A stretch of DNA of 64,000 bases from Candidatus Sulfomarinibacteraceae bacterium (GCA_963796455.1 CAWCLO010000010.1:448001-512000); one strand, 5' to 3'. Numbered from the stretch's first letter, positions 1 to 11,100 are shown. The notes: generated by a model from the letters alone, not told the origin. Numbers and translations: made by a program.

Positions 1-857
1 GGAAACGAAATGACCACCTGGGGTGATCTCGAGATATCTCTCCTGACCGCAGGTGGCGGTGAAATCGTGCTCGATGTGGAGCGAGATCACGAGCTCCAGA
101 AGATTCCCGTCGTGCTCGATCGGGACGAGATCTATGGTTTCGGAATCTCCGGAATCGAACCGAGGATCGAAGCCGTCATTCAGCCAACCTCCGGACAACC
201 CGCGGCCACCGCCGGCATTCAAACCGGAGATCGCATCCTCAGCATCAACGGTGAAGAGGTCCGACAGTATTACGATCTTCCGCGTTTGGTCGAGCCCCTC
301 GCCGGACAAATGGTCACCATCGAGGTCGATCGGGACGGCCGCAAGATGCTCTTCGAGTTCGAGACCCGTAAAGAAGGGGACAAGGGCAAGATCGGGGTCG
401 GACCCCTGTTGCCGACAATGGTCCAGAAACTCGCTCCAGTGGCAGCTATTCGAGCCGCCGCGGTCGAGTGTCAACGCATGACCTATCAAACCTTTCGCGT
501 CATCGGCCAACTCTTCACCGGCAAAACCTCCATCCGGCAGATGTCCGGTCCGGTCGGTATCGCTCAGATCTCCGGCGACGCGGCACGGAGCGGTTTCCAG
601 GCGCTCATCTTGTTCATGGGTGTGATTTCTCTGCAACTCGGCATCTTCAACCTTTTGCCGATTCCGATCCTCGACGGCGGACACCTCACGATCATTGCCT
701 TTGAGAGCATCATCCGCAAAGACCTCCCGATGAAGGTCAAAGAACGCATCCTCGAGGTCGGTTTCTATCTTTTGATCCTGTTGATGGTGGTGGTGACCTT
801 CAACGACATTGTCGTCCGCTTCCCGAGGGGGTCCGCAACTTCTTTTTCCGGGGTTAA
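1..857 (+). CDS. rseP: RIP metalloprotease RseP, 5'-truncated by the window; one probable 1-nt deletion near 817-823
   Basis: PDZ domain (PAATAGIQTGDRILSING), SGPVGIA and NLLPIPILDGGH motifs. Restoring one base gives a C-terminus ...RLPEGVRNFFFRG ending at TAA 855-857. Confidence 0.9.
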
Positions 858-891
858 TGGCTGGCAGTTCATCATGCTAAGGTTTGGGCCA

Positions 892-1593
892 ATGGCTCGT
901 CGTCTCCTTGTCGTGCTCGTCTTCGGCGTCTGTGCGGGGATCGTCTTCTGGTTCGCGCTGGTCCAGACGGTTCACCGGGGAACGCTCGCCGTACCGGATC
1001 TCGGTGAGGCCAAGCTCGAACAGGCTCGGCGCCAACTCCACGACCTCGGTCTCGAGCTCTTGGTCGAGGATCCAGGCGTGTTCTCGACCTCGGTCAAACC
1101 GGGCGCCATCGTGATTCAGGACCCACCACCCGGTTTCCATGTCAAAGCGGGGTCGACGGTGACGGTTCGCACCAGTCTCGGTGGCGAAACCATCATCGTG
1201 CCCGATGTTCGCGAGTCCTCTCTGCAAACAGCCGAGCGTGAGGTCGAACGGGCGGGTCTGACACCCGGCGTACGCGCCAGGGTCGAAGGGAGGGGAGCCG
1301 GCGACCGCGTCATCGCCACCGGTCCCCCCGCCGGACAAAAGGTGGCGCCAATGCTGCCGGTGGATTTGCTGGTCAACACGGTGCCTCACCGCCAACTGTG
1401 GGTCATGCCCGCCTTGGTCTCGTTGCCCTTCGATCGGGTGGAGAGGTTTTGCCGATCCAATCGCCTCCGCCTCGGGCGTGCACGCGAAGTGGAATATCCC
1501 GGCATTCCTGCCGGGATCGTGCTTCGCCAGTATCCGCCTGCAGGTTCGCCGGTGGCACCCTCTGAAATCATCACGGTCTGGGTGAGCAGATGA
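892..1593 (+). CDS. Membrane-anchored PASTA domain protein (3 repeats)
   Basis: N-terminal TM helix, then repeats VPDL..A...L / VPDV / MPAL with IV.Q.PPAG motifs; lies directly upstream of rpe. Confidence 0.85.
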   Translation: MARRLLVVLVFGVCAGIVFWFALVQTVHRGTLAVPDLGEAKLEQARRQLHDLGLELLVEDPGVFSTSVKPGAIVIQDPPPGFHVKAGSTVTVRTSLGGETIIVPDVRESSLQTAEREVERAGLTPGVRARVEGRGAGDRVIATGPPAGQKVAPMLPVDLLVNTVPHRQLWVMPALVSLPFDRVERFCRSNRLRLGRAREVEYPGIPAGIVLRQYPPAGSPVAPSEIITVWVSR

Positions 1594-2255
1594 GCGTCCG
1601 GATTTCTCCGTCCCTGCTTTCGGCCGATTTTTCAAATCTCGCGAGCGAAATCGCCGACGTCGAACGGGCCGGTGCCGACCTCCTCCATCTCGATATCATG
1701 GACGGCCATTTCGTCCCCAACCTCACCTTCGGACCACCGGTGGTGGCTGCCCTCGCACGAAACAGCACCGTGCCGCTGGACGCACACCTGATGGTCACCG
1801 ATCCGGACGCGCTCATCGACGATCTCGCTGCCGCTTCGGTGGCGCGCATCGCGGTTCACGTCGAGGCCTGTGTCCATCTTCAGCGCACCCTGCAACGAAT
1901 CCGTGATGCTGGTATCGAAGCCGGAGTCGCGATCAACCCGGCAACTGCTTTACCGGCACTCGAGGAAGCCTTGAATTGGGCTGATTTCGTGTTGATCATG
2001 TCGGTCAACCCGGGCTTCGGCGGGCAAGCCTTCATTCCCGAGAGCCTCGACAAGATCCGGCGACTGCGCCTGTTGGCCGGAGAGCGCTCGTTGGACATCG
2101 CGGTGGACGGCGGCGTCTGCGCGGACAACGCAGCTTCGCTCGTCGACGCGGGCGCTACAACATTAATTGCCGGCTCAGCCGTTTTTGGCGCCGATGACCG
2201 CAGGCTCGCGGTCGAAAATCTGCGGCGGGCCGGGTCACAAGGGAGCACACGATGA
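1590..2255 (+). CDS. rpe: Ribulose-phosphate 3-epimerase
   Basis: SPSLLSADF, HLDIMDGHFVPNLTFG, MSVNPGFGGQ and VDGG motifs. Confidence 0.97.
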   Translation: MSVRISPSLLSADFSNLASEIADVERAGADLLHLDIMDGHFVPNLTFGPPVVAALARNSTVPLDAHLMVTDPDALIDDLAAASVARIAVHVEACVHLQRTLQRIRDAGIEAGVAINPATALPALEEALNWADFVLIMSVNPGFGGQAFIPESLDKIRRLRLLAGERSLDIAVDGGVCADNAASLVDAGATTLIAGSAVFGADDRRLAVENLRRAGSQGSTR

Positions 2256-2996
2256 AGGGTTTTCAGCGGCTCACGCCGCTTGTAATCTTGCCGCTCGTCC
2301 TAATGATGATCGGTTGTTCGAGCAAAAGCGGTCAAGAGCGACCAGGTCCTCGATCAATTGGCCAACCTCGACAAAGAGACGATCTTCGAACAGGCTGAAG
2401 AACTGTACGAAGCAAAGGACTACGCCAAGGCCCGCGACCTCTTCGCATTTGTATATGACAGTTTTCCAAACGACCCGCTCGGCCACAAAGCGGCCCTCCG
2501 CGTCGCCGATACGTTTGCGGCCAAGAACGATGTGACGAATCTCACAGAAGCACGGCTTCGTTATCGCGATTTTGCGAACCGTTACCCAAACGATCCAGAC
2601 CGCGATTATGCCCTTCTCATGGTGGGTCACACCTACAGCGCTCGCAAGCTCCGGGCGGACCGAGATCTCAGCGATATTCAGGAATCCCTGGCCGCATATG
2701 AACAGCTGATGAATCTCTATCCGAATTCTCCTCACGCAGCAGAGGCAGCGTCTAGGATCTACGATCTAACGGAGTTACTGGCAGATCATGAGTGGTTAGT
2801 CGCACAGTTTTACACACGAAATAAACGATACGTTGGAGCATTGTGGCGCCTCGAATATATTCGTGAAAACTACGCAAATTACTCCGAAATCGACGCGGTG
2901 AACGCCAAAATTTCTGATCTGGAAACTCTTCTGACACAACGAGAAGAAGACTGGAAAAAGCAACTGGAAGAATTAAAAAAAGAGGGCGAGGATTGA
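2252..2996 (+). CDS. bamD: Outer membrane assembly lipoprotein BamD; probable +1 frameshift in the A-run near 2325
   Basis: ATG 2252 gives a lipoprotein signal MKGFQRL...MIGC. The TPR body (YPNDPDRDYAL, LADHEWLVAQFY) continues in the next frame (ORF 2358-2996). Confidence 0.85.
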
Positions 2997-3055
2997 CGGA
3001 TAGGCGGGCCATAGGTTAACCTCAAGTAGTGGTTTCTTTACCCGGGAGAGGGCTT

Positions 3056-4144
3056 ATGAGCGCCATGATTCGGTTCGCTATCATCGCCGTTTTTCTGCCC
3101 ATAGCGGTCGCGGCGCAGGGTGTTGCACCGCCGCCGCAGCCACTGCATTTTGTCAACGATCACTGGACACCTTATGATCCACCAACCGAGTTTCCAGAAG
3201 GCGCCATGGTGCACACCATCGTCAAGGGAGACACTTTGTGGGATCTCGCGGCTCATTATCTCGGGGATCCATTCCTCTGGCCGCAAATCTGGGAACGTAA
3301 CCCCTACATCAAGGATTCGCACTGGATCTACCCTGGAGATCCGCTGCTGATCGATCTCGCGGTCGAGGACGCCTACATGCCGGAAGAGGAAGTGCCGGCC
3401 GACGAGATGGTGACCTCGGACTATTCGGGCGACCTTGACGACCTCGATATGGAGATGCCGCATCCGCTCGGATCTTCGGCCGATGTCTACTGTTTCGTCG
3501 AGCTCGTTCAGGATGACAGCGGCTACCCCTTCGCCATCCACTCCGCCGAGCGGATATTGACCCAGGACCAGTTCTCAGAAGGAGATATTCTCTATCTCGA
3601 CGGCGGCGCCGCTCAGGGCGTTCAAGCCGGCGATCGCTTCTTTGTTCTGCACGAAGGCCGCAATCTGCACCATCCGGTGTCCAACTCGCACCTCGGCAAG
3701 CTCTACCACCAGGTTGGTCAGTTGAGGGTTCTGTGCGCACAGGAAAACACTTCGATCGCGGAAGTGACCTATGCATGCGATCCGATCGTCATCGGTGACA
3801 GGCTCAAAGCCTTTGCTCCGGTACCCGTGCCGCTGGTCATCGATCCCGATCGAACCGATCGTTGCGATGTGCCGAATGGCAAACCAATCGGCAACATCAC
3901 CTATAACCGCGATGATCAAATCGATATCGGGACCCATTGGTTGGTCCTCATCGATCTCGGCGCTGCCGACGGACTCTATGCCGGAGATTTTGCCACGGTC
4001 TACATCGACAACCCGGTTGCGGGCATGCCGCGCCTGGTGATGGGCGAACTCGGCCTGCTGCGCGTCGAGGAGAACTACTCGACCGCCCTGGTGACCTATT
4101 CCTGGCAGCCCCTGTCGGTTGGCCAGCGGGTCGAAATCAAATAA
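3056..4144 (+). CDS. Secreted LysM peptidoglycan-binding protein
   Basis: Signal peptide; LysM motif HTIVKGDTLWDLA..YLGDPFLWPQIW..NPYIKDSHWIYPGD. Confidence 0.88.
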   Translation: MSAMIRFAIIAVFLPIAVAAQGVAPPPQPLHFVNDHWTPYDPPTEFPEGAMVHTIVKGDTLWDLAAHYLGDPFLWPQIWERNPYIKDSHWIYPGDPLLIDLAVEDAYMPEEEVPADEMVTSDYSGDLDDLDMEMPHPLGSSADVYCFVELVQDDSGYPFAIHSAERILTQDQFSEGDILYLDGGAAQGVQAGDRFFVLHEGRNLHHPVSNSHLGKLYHQVGQLRVLCAQENTSIAEVTYACDPIVIGDRLKAFAPVPVPLVIDPDRTDRCDVPNGKPIGNITYNRDDQIDIGTHWLVLIDLGAADGLYAGDFATVYIDNPVAGMPRLVMGELGLLRVEENYSTALVTYSWQPLSVGQRVEIK

Positions 4145-4168
4145 TTCCCTCCTTTCACGGATCGAAAA

Positions 4169-4197
4169 GGGGACTCCCGCGGGAGTCCCCATTTTTT
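4169..4197 (+). terminator. Intrinsic terminator, probably bidirectional
   Basis: GGGGACTCCC-GC-GGGAGTCCCC stem followed by ATTTTTT, with an A-run on the 5' side. Confidence 0.8.
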
Positions 4198-4214
4198 GCT
4201 GCTATGCTGCCCGA

Positions 4215-4694
4215 ATGCTCCCCGAATGGGTTTTTGACGGCGACGATCTCACATTCATGACCGAGGCGATCGCCGAGGCCGAGGCCGCCGGTGCACGCGG
4301 AGAAGTGCCGGTTGGAGCGGTGGTCGTACGAGACGGTGAAATCATCGCCCGCGCCGGCAATCGCCGCCGCGAACGGGCGGATCCATCCGGCCACGCCGAG
4401 CTCCTCGCGCTCCGCGAAGCCGGAGCGTTGATCGGCGATTGGCGTCTCGAAACCTGCTCCCTCTATGTGACCCTCGAGCCGTGCCCCATGTGTGCTTCCG
4501 CCTGTCGTCAGGCCCGGCTCCAGATGCTCGTCTGGGGAGCCGAAGACCCCACCCTCGGTGCCTGCGGAACCGTCCTCGATCTCGCCGGCGACCCGCGGCT
4601 CGGTCGAGGGCTCACCCAACGAGGGGGCCTCGCGGCAGATGCCTGTGGCGCCCTTCTCAAAAGCTTCTTTGCCAAACAACGCCAATCATCGTAG
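4215..4694 (+). CDS. tadA: tRNA adenosine(34) deaminase
   Basis: [12 protein letters not shown] and [11 protein letters not shown] zinc-deaminase motifs; adjacent to tRNA-Ser and ffs as usual. Confidence 0.93.
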   Translation: MLPEWVFDGDDLTFMTEAIAEAEAAGARGEVPVGAVVVRDGEIIARAGNRRRERADPSGHAELLALREAGALIGDWRLETCSLYVTLEPCPMCASACRQARLQMLVWGAEDPTLGACGTVLDLAGDPRLGRGLTQRGGLAADACGALLKSFFAKQRQSS

Positions 4695-4712
4695 AATACG
4701 AAGCCCGATCGC

Positions 4713-4802
4713 GGAGAGGTGCCGGAGTGGTCGATCGGGGCGGTCTCGAAAACCGTTGACCTTTCACGAGGTCCAAGGGTTCGAATCCCTTCCTCTCCGC
4801 CA
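4713..4802 (+). tRNA. tRNA-Ser (anticodon CGA)
   Basis: GGAGAGG/CCTCTCC acceptor stem, GCCA end, anticodon arm GCGGT-CT-CGA-AA-ACCGT, long variable arm, GGTTCGAATCC T-loop. Confidence 0.97.
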
Positions 4803-4826
4803 TATTCTTTGACATCGTTATGTTGT

Positions 4827-4916
<90 letters not shown>

Positions 4917-4933
4917 CTCCAACCGCAGCGACC

Positions 4934-5058
4934 GAGCCCGGCATGGAGCTCGGGCCCTGTGCATCGTCGTCCTTCGAACCGTGTCAGACCCGGAAGGGAG
5001 CAGCACTAAGGGGGAACACGGCGAGTGCCGCAGGTTGCCTGGGCTCCATGGCGGGCTT
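4934..5058 (+). ncRNA. ffs: Signal recognition particle RNA (small bacterial type)
   Basis: Helix-8 signature TCAGACCCGGAAGGGAGCAGC; long closing stem GAGCCCG..CATGGAGCTCGGG / CCTGGGCTCCATG..CGGGCTT; tadA-tRNA-Ser-ffs synteny. Confidence 0.92.
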
Positions 5059-5258
5059 GTTATGCAATTTCGGCCGGTGGATCCGAGCTCTGTGGTGGGT
5101 CTTTCCTCTCGATCGCCACCTGGACTCCAGACCGCTGCCGCTGAAGACTGATCGCCGACCGCTGTTCTCTGTCGCTGGACACCGTCGTCGATCCTCAATA
5201 CCGGGGGCTGCAGCCGCAAGTTGGAAACTGGTACGCGGCAACTGCAAACCGGAGTGCT

Positions 5259-6350
5259 TCAAGAAAAAACCGTCGGGAACCCCTCGAGGATTGCTGCTGC
5301 GGCCATCTCCGCGCCGCTCGGTGACGACCGGGCGGTCAGTCGCTCGGCTGCCAGATCATCTATTTGTGCAAGCCACGATCCATCCAGCAACGCCTGTTCG
5401 CTGATGCACCTGGCCGTCATGTTCTCCTCGACCCAGTTGGCGAGCACCGGCGATTCCGGGAACTGCGGCCGTTCGACATAGGCAATCGCCGAACCGGCAA
5501 TCGAGGTCTCTGCGACCGTGCTGTAGCCGAGTTTGCCCACGACCACGTCTGCGGCCGCCACCAGATCCGGATGATGGAAGGAGGAATGGAATGGGAGCAA
5601 TAACAGACGGCCGCGCCGCTCCGGTTGCTCCCGGGCTCCACCCGGAACCACGACCCACGAATCCGAGAACTCTTCAACGGACCTGAAACCGCTGTAATCC
5701 CAAGGTATCCCGCCCATGCTGACCAGGACCATGCGGCCATCAATCGGGACCCCGAGGCGCTGCCGGACCGTGCTTGCGTCAAGGGTCGGTGTCCGAGCCA
5801 CAGGAGGAACCTGGATGGCTGTGGCGAGCCGATTGCATACGGGCTCGGTCTGTATTCTCAGATCTGCGGAGACAAAGATCTCGGCGAGTCTCTGGCTGTG
5901 AGACCGCAACCCCGCCGGTGGGTCCGGGTAGTTGAGATAGATCCAGTCCCAGGTGAAATTTTCGATCAAGACCGCCGGCAGGCCCGCCGAGGTCGCGGCA
6001 GCCAGCCCGAGCGGCGAGATATCATTGATGACGATGGATGACCCGAGCGAAGCCAGGGTCTCGGCCACCCGAGCAACCCGCGTCGGGTCGGACCAGACTT
6101 CGTCGAGGCGGGAAACCGTTGCCTCGAGATCCTCCTTCAGGGGTGATAGCTGGACCAGGCCGATATCGCTCTCGAGACGGTGATAGGTGAATTCGCCCGC
6201 CAGAGATTCCGCGAAAAACCACTCCGGAACCTCGGTCAATACATCGATCTGAATATCGGGTCGTTGCCGAACGATCTCGGTCATCACCGCGCAGGCCCTC
6301 GCGGCATGCCCGAATCCGTGCGGGGAAACGAAGTAGGCCACTCGTTTCAT
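5259..6350 (-). CDS. GT-B fold glycosyltransferase-like protein (resembles the arabinokinase N-terminal domain)
   Basis: YFVSPHGFGHAAR N-terminal motif; DLVAAADVVVGKLGYSTVAE C-terminal motif. Confidence 0.75.
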   Translation of the reverse strand: MKRVAYFVSPHGFGHAARACAVMTEIVRQRPDIQIDVLTEVPEWFFAESLAGEFTYHRLESDIGLVQLSPLKEDLEATVSRLDEVWSDPTRVARVAETLASLGSSIVINDISPLGLAAATSAGLPAVLIENFTWDWIYLNYPDPPAGLRSHSQRLAEIFVSADLRIQTEPVCNRLATAIQVPPVARTPTLDASTVRQRLGVPIDGRMVLVSMGGIPWDYSGFRSVEEFSDSWVVVPGGAREQPERRGRLLLLPFHSSFHHPDLVAAADVVVGKLGYSTVAETSIAGSAIAYVERPQFPESPVLANWVEENMTARCISEQALLDGSWLAQIDDLAAERLTARSSPSGAEMAAAAILEGFPTVFS

Positions 6351-6502
6351 GGCCGCCGAGTGTACTACGCCGTTCCGGCTCTCCGATTCTCTCCGCCGAG
6401 GTTGGTCAACAGGCTCGAGACCCGCGAAACACAGCGCTGGCAACCATTGACGGCGGATTGAGAAAACCACAGGGCCAAAGCCATACGTGGTACGATGACC
6501 CT

Positions 6503-7357
6503 GTGAAACAGACCAAGATTGTTTTCCTTATCGTGTTGATGTCGGTGTCGCTTGCCTCGGCCCAGAGTGCATCCAGCCGGGCATGGCAACAACGTCTCGA
6601 GGTCGAGATTCCCCTGCCGGTACCGGTGGTTGAGCTGAAATCAATCAACCCCTTCGCGGTCGCCGTCGACGAACCGCCGGTTCTCAACGAGTCGGTACCG
6701 CCGCGAAAGGTCGATATCAGTGGAACGGCGACCGTGGCAGCTTTTGTCGACGCCAAAGGGGAGAGCCTTGGGGCCGTGCCGCTGGCGCTGCCCTTCCCCG
6801 GTCTGACCGGGTCCCTGGTTTCCTCCTTGACCGGCAGCCGTTTTGATCCGGCCATGTCCGGGAACGCGCCGCAACCCTCATGGGTCGTTTTGGATATCGT
6901 CCTTGCCGGCAGAGTCAAGGTGGCCGAGGTCGTTGAATTCAACTTCGAACTTCCAAACCCTGAAGCACCGCCGACCCCCCGGCAACCGGTGGAGATGTCG
7001 CCGCCGGGTTCCCTCCGTAATCTGAAGGCGACTCCACACTCACAACTCAGTTCGCTGGCGACTCCCCGAAGGGTCAAGGTGAACGCCGGCGGACGAGACG
7101 ACGAGATCCAGGTCAGGGCGCTGGTCCATGTCACCGAGACCGGAAAATGTGACCGTTATGTCCCGCTCGAGCTCGATGAGGGCCTCAATCGTTGGGTCTC
7201 CGCGTTCCTCGCGACCTGGAAATTGAAGCCGGCCACCCTCGGTGGCGAAGCGGTAGCCTCGTGGGTCGTCTATACAGCGAGAATCAACATGGAGCTTTCG
7301 GGTCTCGATTCCCAGTCGTCCAGGGTTGTTTCCGACCGCGAATACGTCCCACGATAA
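6503..7357 (+). CDS. Exported protein with two TonB C-terminal-like domains
   Basis: Cleavable signal (ASA-QS). Two segments resemble TonB_C (VD.KG...RFDPA..G....SWV and VTETG...WKLKPA..GGEAVASWV), joined by a Pro-rich linker. Confidence 0.6.
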   Translation: MKQTKIVFLIVLMSVSLASAQSASSRAWQQRLEVEIPLPVPVVELKSINPFAVAVDEPPVLNESVPPRKVDISGTATVAAFVDAKGESLGAVPLALPFPGLTGSLVSSLTGSRFDPAMSGNAPQPSWVVLDIVLAGRVKVAEVVEFNFELPNPEAPPTPRQPVEMSPPGSLRNLKATPHSQLSSLATPRRVKVNAGGRDDEIQVRALVHVTETGKCDRYVPLELDEGLNRWVSAFLATWKLKPATLGGEAVASWVVYTARINMELSGLDSQSSRVVSDREYVPR

Positions 7358-7406
7358 GCTGCGACTCGGCGACCAACCCGTTTTCCCAAACTCCAGGGCC
7401 GTGTCT

Positions 7407-9317
7407 TCAGCTCTTCTTACGCAGGATTCGGCGGCGATTGCCCTGTCGTACGGTCACGCGCTCGGAATCCAGCCATTCAAGGGCCGGAATCGCCAGTTTT
7501 CGGGTGAGACCGAAACGTTCCTTGAAATCACCCACGGCAAAGTCCTCGGCCTCCCAGGCTCGAACTCCGTTTGCAACCTCGTCGAGCACCGCGCGGTGAA
7601 TCAAAAACTTGCCATCCAGACGCACCAGACGGTGGCGCTGGGTCAGAAAGCGACAGATTCCTTCGACGGTTGCTGGTTTGGCCTGCAATGTGTCCGCAGC
7701 TTCGGGGGGCGACGGCGCCGCGAATCCAGCCTGGCGGTATAGCGCTTCGACCCGTCGACTCAACTCTTCGCCGGCTGCCGTCATGTGGCTTTCTTTGCCC
7801 GGTGGAACCACCCGCCCTTCGGTGAGTTCAATCACTCCACGGCCGCGCAACTCTTCGAGATAGATATCGGAAAGATCCGTCGCCTGTCGCGGCAACAGAC
7901 TCCCGGCAAAATCGCGCGCCGGAATGCCTGCCGACACCTCTTCACCGGCAAGCCGTCGATCAAGCTCCGCGGCTGCGGTCTCGGCGAGACGATCGAGGGC
8001 CTCGGTTGAAACAAAAACGGGTGGTTGGACGGGCAATGTGCGGATTGAGCCCGCCTCGAGAAGACGCCCGAGAGGTGCCTGTACCAGCTCCTCGAGGACC
8101 CCCAACCGTCCGCTGATCGCCGGCAAAGAAAGACCGCTCAGACCCTTCCCTTCGATCCAACTTCCGATCAACTGCGGCCAGTCCGTTTGTCGCGTGTCCG
8201 GCACCTTCTCCAGCTCGGCGCTGTCGCGGCGCCGACACCGGTTCAGATGGGCGTCGAGCACCTTGCCGCCGGCAAACGTATTGACCGGCGACGGTCTCCG
8301 GAGAATGACGCGGTCACCCGGAAACAACAACATCGGCTCGTGCAGCTTGATCTGCGCGTTGGCCCGATCGCCGGGAACCAAGGGCCTGGAGGACAACCGT
8401 TCGATCCGCGCCGGCACCCTTGCGGCGAGGGCGTGGACCTCCACGTCGTCACCCTCGTCGAGAGCACCCGGCGCCGCGGCGAGGAGCTCGAGATTGACGG
8501 TGACGATCCGGGTCGGTTTCCAGGGCCCCGGTGACATGACCTGGTCCCCCCGCTTGAGGTCGGCCCGTGAAAGACCGGCGATATTGATCGCCACCCGCTC
8601 TCCAGCCTCGACCGATTGCCGCTCCTGAGAGTGCACGTGGAGGCGCCGGACACGCGCGGTCACCTGTTGGGGGAAAATACTGACTCCCGATCCGACCTCG
8701 AGCGTGCCCCACAACGAAGTCCCGGTCACGACGGTTCCGGCACCGGTCAACGAGAAGACCCGGTCGACCGGCTCCCTGAAGGGACGACCATCGAGCTGTC
8801 GCGGCGGCACATCCCGCGCCTGGTCGATCAGTATCTGACGGAGTTCGTCGAGACCGGCCCCGGTCTGGGCCGAAACAGGCACCACCGGCACGCCTGCAAA
8901 TGCGGTTGGTGCCAGCAATTCTTTCACCTCTTCCGCAACCAGCTCCGCCAACTCCTCATCCACAAGATCCGATTTGGTCAGAGCGACCGCGCCACCGGGG
9001 ACGCCCATCAGTCGAATCACCTCGAGATGCTCCCGGGTCTGCGGCATGACCCCTTCGTCGGCAGCGATCACGAGCAGGGCGAGGTCGATTCCCGCGGCAC
9101 CGGCGATCATCGTGTGGACCAGCCGTTCGTGTCCCGGAACATCCACAAAATGCAGCTGAAGATCATCGTCGGTCAGCTGGGCAAAACCGAGATCGATGGT
9201 GATGCCCCGCGCCTTCTCTTCCGGAAGACGGTCGCAGTCGACCCCGGTCAGCCCTTTGACCAGGGTCGTCTTTCCGTGATCGATATGACCGGCAGTGCCC
9301 CACACGACATGTCGCAT
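7407..9317 (-). CDS. selB: Selenocysteine-specific elongation factor SelB
   Basis: [23 protein letters not shown] and DVPGHE motifs; C-terminal winged-helix [14 protein letters not shown]. Confidence 0.96.
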   Translation of the reverse strand: MRHVVWGTAGHIDHGKTTLVKGLTGVDCDRLPEEKARGITIDLGFAQLTDDDLQLHFVDVPGHERLVHTMIAGAAGIDLALLVIAADEGVMPQTREHLEVIRLMGVPGGAVALTKSDLVDEELAELVAEEVKELLAPTAFAGVPVVPVSAQTGAGLDELRQILIDQARDVPPRQLDGRPFREPVDRVFSLTGAGTVVTGTSLWGTLEVGSGVSIFPQQVTARVRRLHVHSQERQSVEAGERVAINIAGLSRADLKRGDQVMSPGPWKPTRIVTVNLELLAAAPGALDEGDDVEVHALAARVPARIERLSSRPLVPGDRANAQIKLHEPMLLFPGDRVILRRPSPVNTFAGGKVLDAHLNRCRRRDSAELEKVPDTRQTDWPQLIGSWIEGKGLSGLSLPAISGRLGVLEELVQAPLGRLLEAGSIRTLPVQPPVFVSTEALDRLAETAAAELDRRLAGEEVSAGIPARDFAGSLLPRQATDLSDIYLEELRGRGVIELTEGRVVPPGKESHMTAAGEELSRRVEALYRQAGFAAPSPPEAADTLQAKPATVEGICRFLTQRHRLVRLDGKFLIHRAVLDEVANGVRAWEAEDFAVGDFKERFGLTRKLAIPALEWLDSERVTVRQGNRRRILRKKS

Positions 9318-9415
9318 CGGCTCATGGTACATGGTCGCCGCCGCCTTCGATTGAAAGCGGAAACCTTTCGCAGAGATTCGTGGCACCGCGGACCACGAAT
9401 CGTTATGCTCTCCTG

Positions 9416-9982
9416 GTGAATGGTCGACCACTGGAAACCGAACTCAAGATCCCCGTCGAGGATCTCGCATCGGTCCGAGACGGGCTCTCGTCTTTGGGTG
9501 CGCGGCAGCAGCATCCGGCAGAGAGAGAGATCAACACACTCTTTGACACCGACGATCGACAGCTTCTCGAGTCTGCCAGCGTCTTGCGTCTGCGTCGGCA
9601 TGGGTCGCGCAAGCTCCTGACATTCAAGGGACCACCCGCCTATCGCGGCGCCATCAAGGAGCGGGTCGAGCTCGAGCTCGAAATCACTGATGGAGAAACC
9701 ATGCGGCTCATCCTTGAACAACTCGGGTTGCAGCTCGTGGCGCGCTACGAAAAAGACCGGGAGTCCTGGACCGTTGGCGATGTGCAAATCGAACTCGATC
9801 ACACTCCGATGGGTGATTTCGTCGAAATCGAAGGCCCACCGGAAAAACTCGAGACCGTCGCCCGAGGGATCGGTCTCGATCCGGATCAGGCGGTACGAGG
9901 CTCCTATCTCGGTCTGTGGCACGACCATCGCTGCAAGAATCCCGATGACGATCTACCGATCGATATGGTGTTCGAGGGATGA
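9416..9982 (+). CDS. CYTH domain (class IV adenylate cyclase family) protein
   Basis: ETELK N-terminal motif, LRLR, LTFKGP, YEKDRE, GDFVEIEG. Confidence 0.88.
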   Translation: MNGRPLETELKIPVEDLASVRDGLSSLGARQQHPAEREINTLFDTDDRQLLESASVLRLRRHGSRKLLTFKGPPAYRGAIKERVELELEITDGETMRLILEQLGLQLVARYEKDRESWTVGDVQIELDHTPMGDFVEIEGPPEKLETVARGIGLDPDQAVRGSYLGLWHDHRCKNPDDDLPIDMVFEG

Positions 9983-10962
9983 AAGCTCCGGTCGCCATGG
10001 TTCTCGCCGCCGGGCGCGGTGAACGCATTCGGCCGCTTTCCGATGTGCTTCCAAAACCAGCCCTGCCACTTCCCAACGGACCCTTGATTGCCTCCGCGCT
10101 GAAGCTGGCCGCCGCTTCGGCCGAGCGCGTCGTCGTCAATACCTGGCACCTTGGCGACCGCATGAAAGAGACCATTGATCACGTTGCTTCCGAAGATCAC
10201 GAACTCCAACTCCGGATATCGCCAGAGTCATGTTTGATGGGCACCGCGGGAGGTCTGGCGCTGGCTTCACGCCGCGGTCTCCTGGGCAGCACCGGTCCGG
10301 TTCTGGTCATCAACAGCGACGGAGTGTTCGATCTCGATCTCGGGCCCCTGTTCGACCGCCACCTGGCGGCACATGACGAAATCACTCTCGCGCTCATCCC
10401 TCATCGCGACCCCTTTCGGTGGTCACGGGTCCTTCTCGGCGGCGACGGTTTGATCCATGCCATCAGGGCGCCGGGTGAACCCGATCCGTCGGAGGTCTGC
10501 TTTCTCTACCCGGGGGTGATGCTCGTGGCGCGCGAAGCCATCGATCGGCTCCCTCCAGTACCTGCAGAGACCCCCGCCAGTCTGTGGTGGCCCGCCCAGG
10601 CCCGGGATCGACTCGGCGGCGTCGTCACACCCGGTACCTGGCGCGAGGCGGGAACTCCGAGCGATTACCTGTCGGTGGTGCAGGCCGGTCTCGACGGCCG
10701 GTCGACGATCCATGCCACCGCAACGATCAGTGACACAGCCGTCATCACATCGAGCCTTGTCGGGCGCGGGTCTTCAATCCGCGCGGATTCGGTGGTCGAA
10801 GAATCGGTGGTTGCAGAAGGCGCAATCATCGGGAAGGACGCAGTCATCCGACGCTCCGTTGTCCTCGGAAAAGTAGAGATCGCCCAGGGCGAAGAAGTCA
10901 CCGACGAGTTCCGTGCCCGCCGCCACGGAGAAACCGCAGATCACGCAGATGACCGCACATAA
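9979..10962 (+). CDS. Sugar-phosphate nucleotidyltransferase (MurU/GMPP-like) with C-terminal hexapeptide repeats
   Basis: AMVLAAGRGERIRPLS..PKP and MGTAGGL motifs; left-handed beta-helix-like tail. Confidence 0.85.
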   Translation: MKAPVAMVLAAGRGERIRPLSDVLPKPALPLPNGPLIASALKLAAASAERVVVNTWHLGDRMKETIDHVASEDHELQLRISPESCLMGTAGGLALASRRGLLGSTGPVLVINSDGVFDLDLGPLFDRHLAAHDEITLALIPHRDPFRWSRVLLGGDGLIHAIRAPGEPDPSEVCFLYPGVMLVAREAIDRLPPVPAETPASLWWPAQARDRLGGVVTPGTWREAGTPSDYLSVVQAGLDGRSTIHATATISDTAVITSSLVGRGSSIRADSVVEESVVAEGAIIGKDAVIRRSVVLGKVEIAQGEEVTDEFRARRHGETADHADDRT

Positions 10963-11022
10963 GGAATGGGCATCGGAGGCCGACTGAAAGACCTGTCGTC
11001 CGGATCCCTCTGGTCGAGGCCG

Positions 11023-11100
11023 TCTCCCTTTCTCCCTTTCCCCCCTGCTCCCTTTCTCCCTTCCCCCCTGCTCCCTTTCTCCCTTTCCCGGTTCCTCCCT
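11023..11100. repeat. Degenerate 8-nt pyrimidine-rich tandem repeat (TCTCCCTT)n
   Basis: Directly visible; a second copy of the family lies at 15087-15138. Confidence 0.85.

Noticed and set aside
10..1593. Apparent novel RseP-PASTA fusion (527-aa ORF)
   Set aside because: Adding one base near 817-823 ends RseP naturally at TAA 855-857, and the PASTA gene has its own -10-like box and ATG at 892. The fusion is most likely an indel artefact.
2358..2996. BamD lacking a signal peptide
   Set aside because: A lipoprotein signal starting at ATG 2252 exists one frame away; a probable extra A in a homopolymer explains the split.
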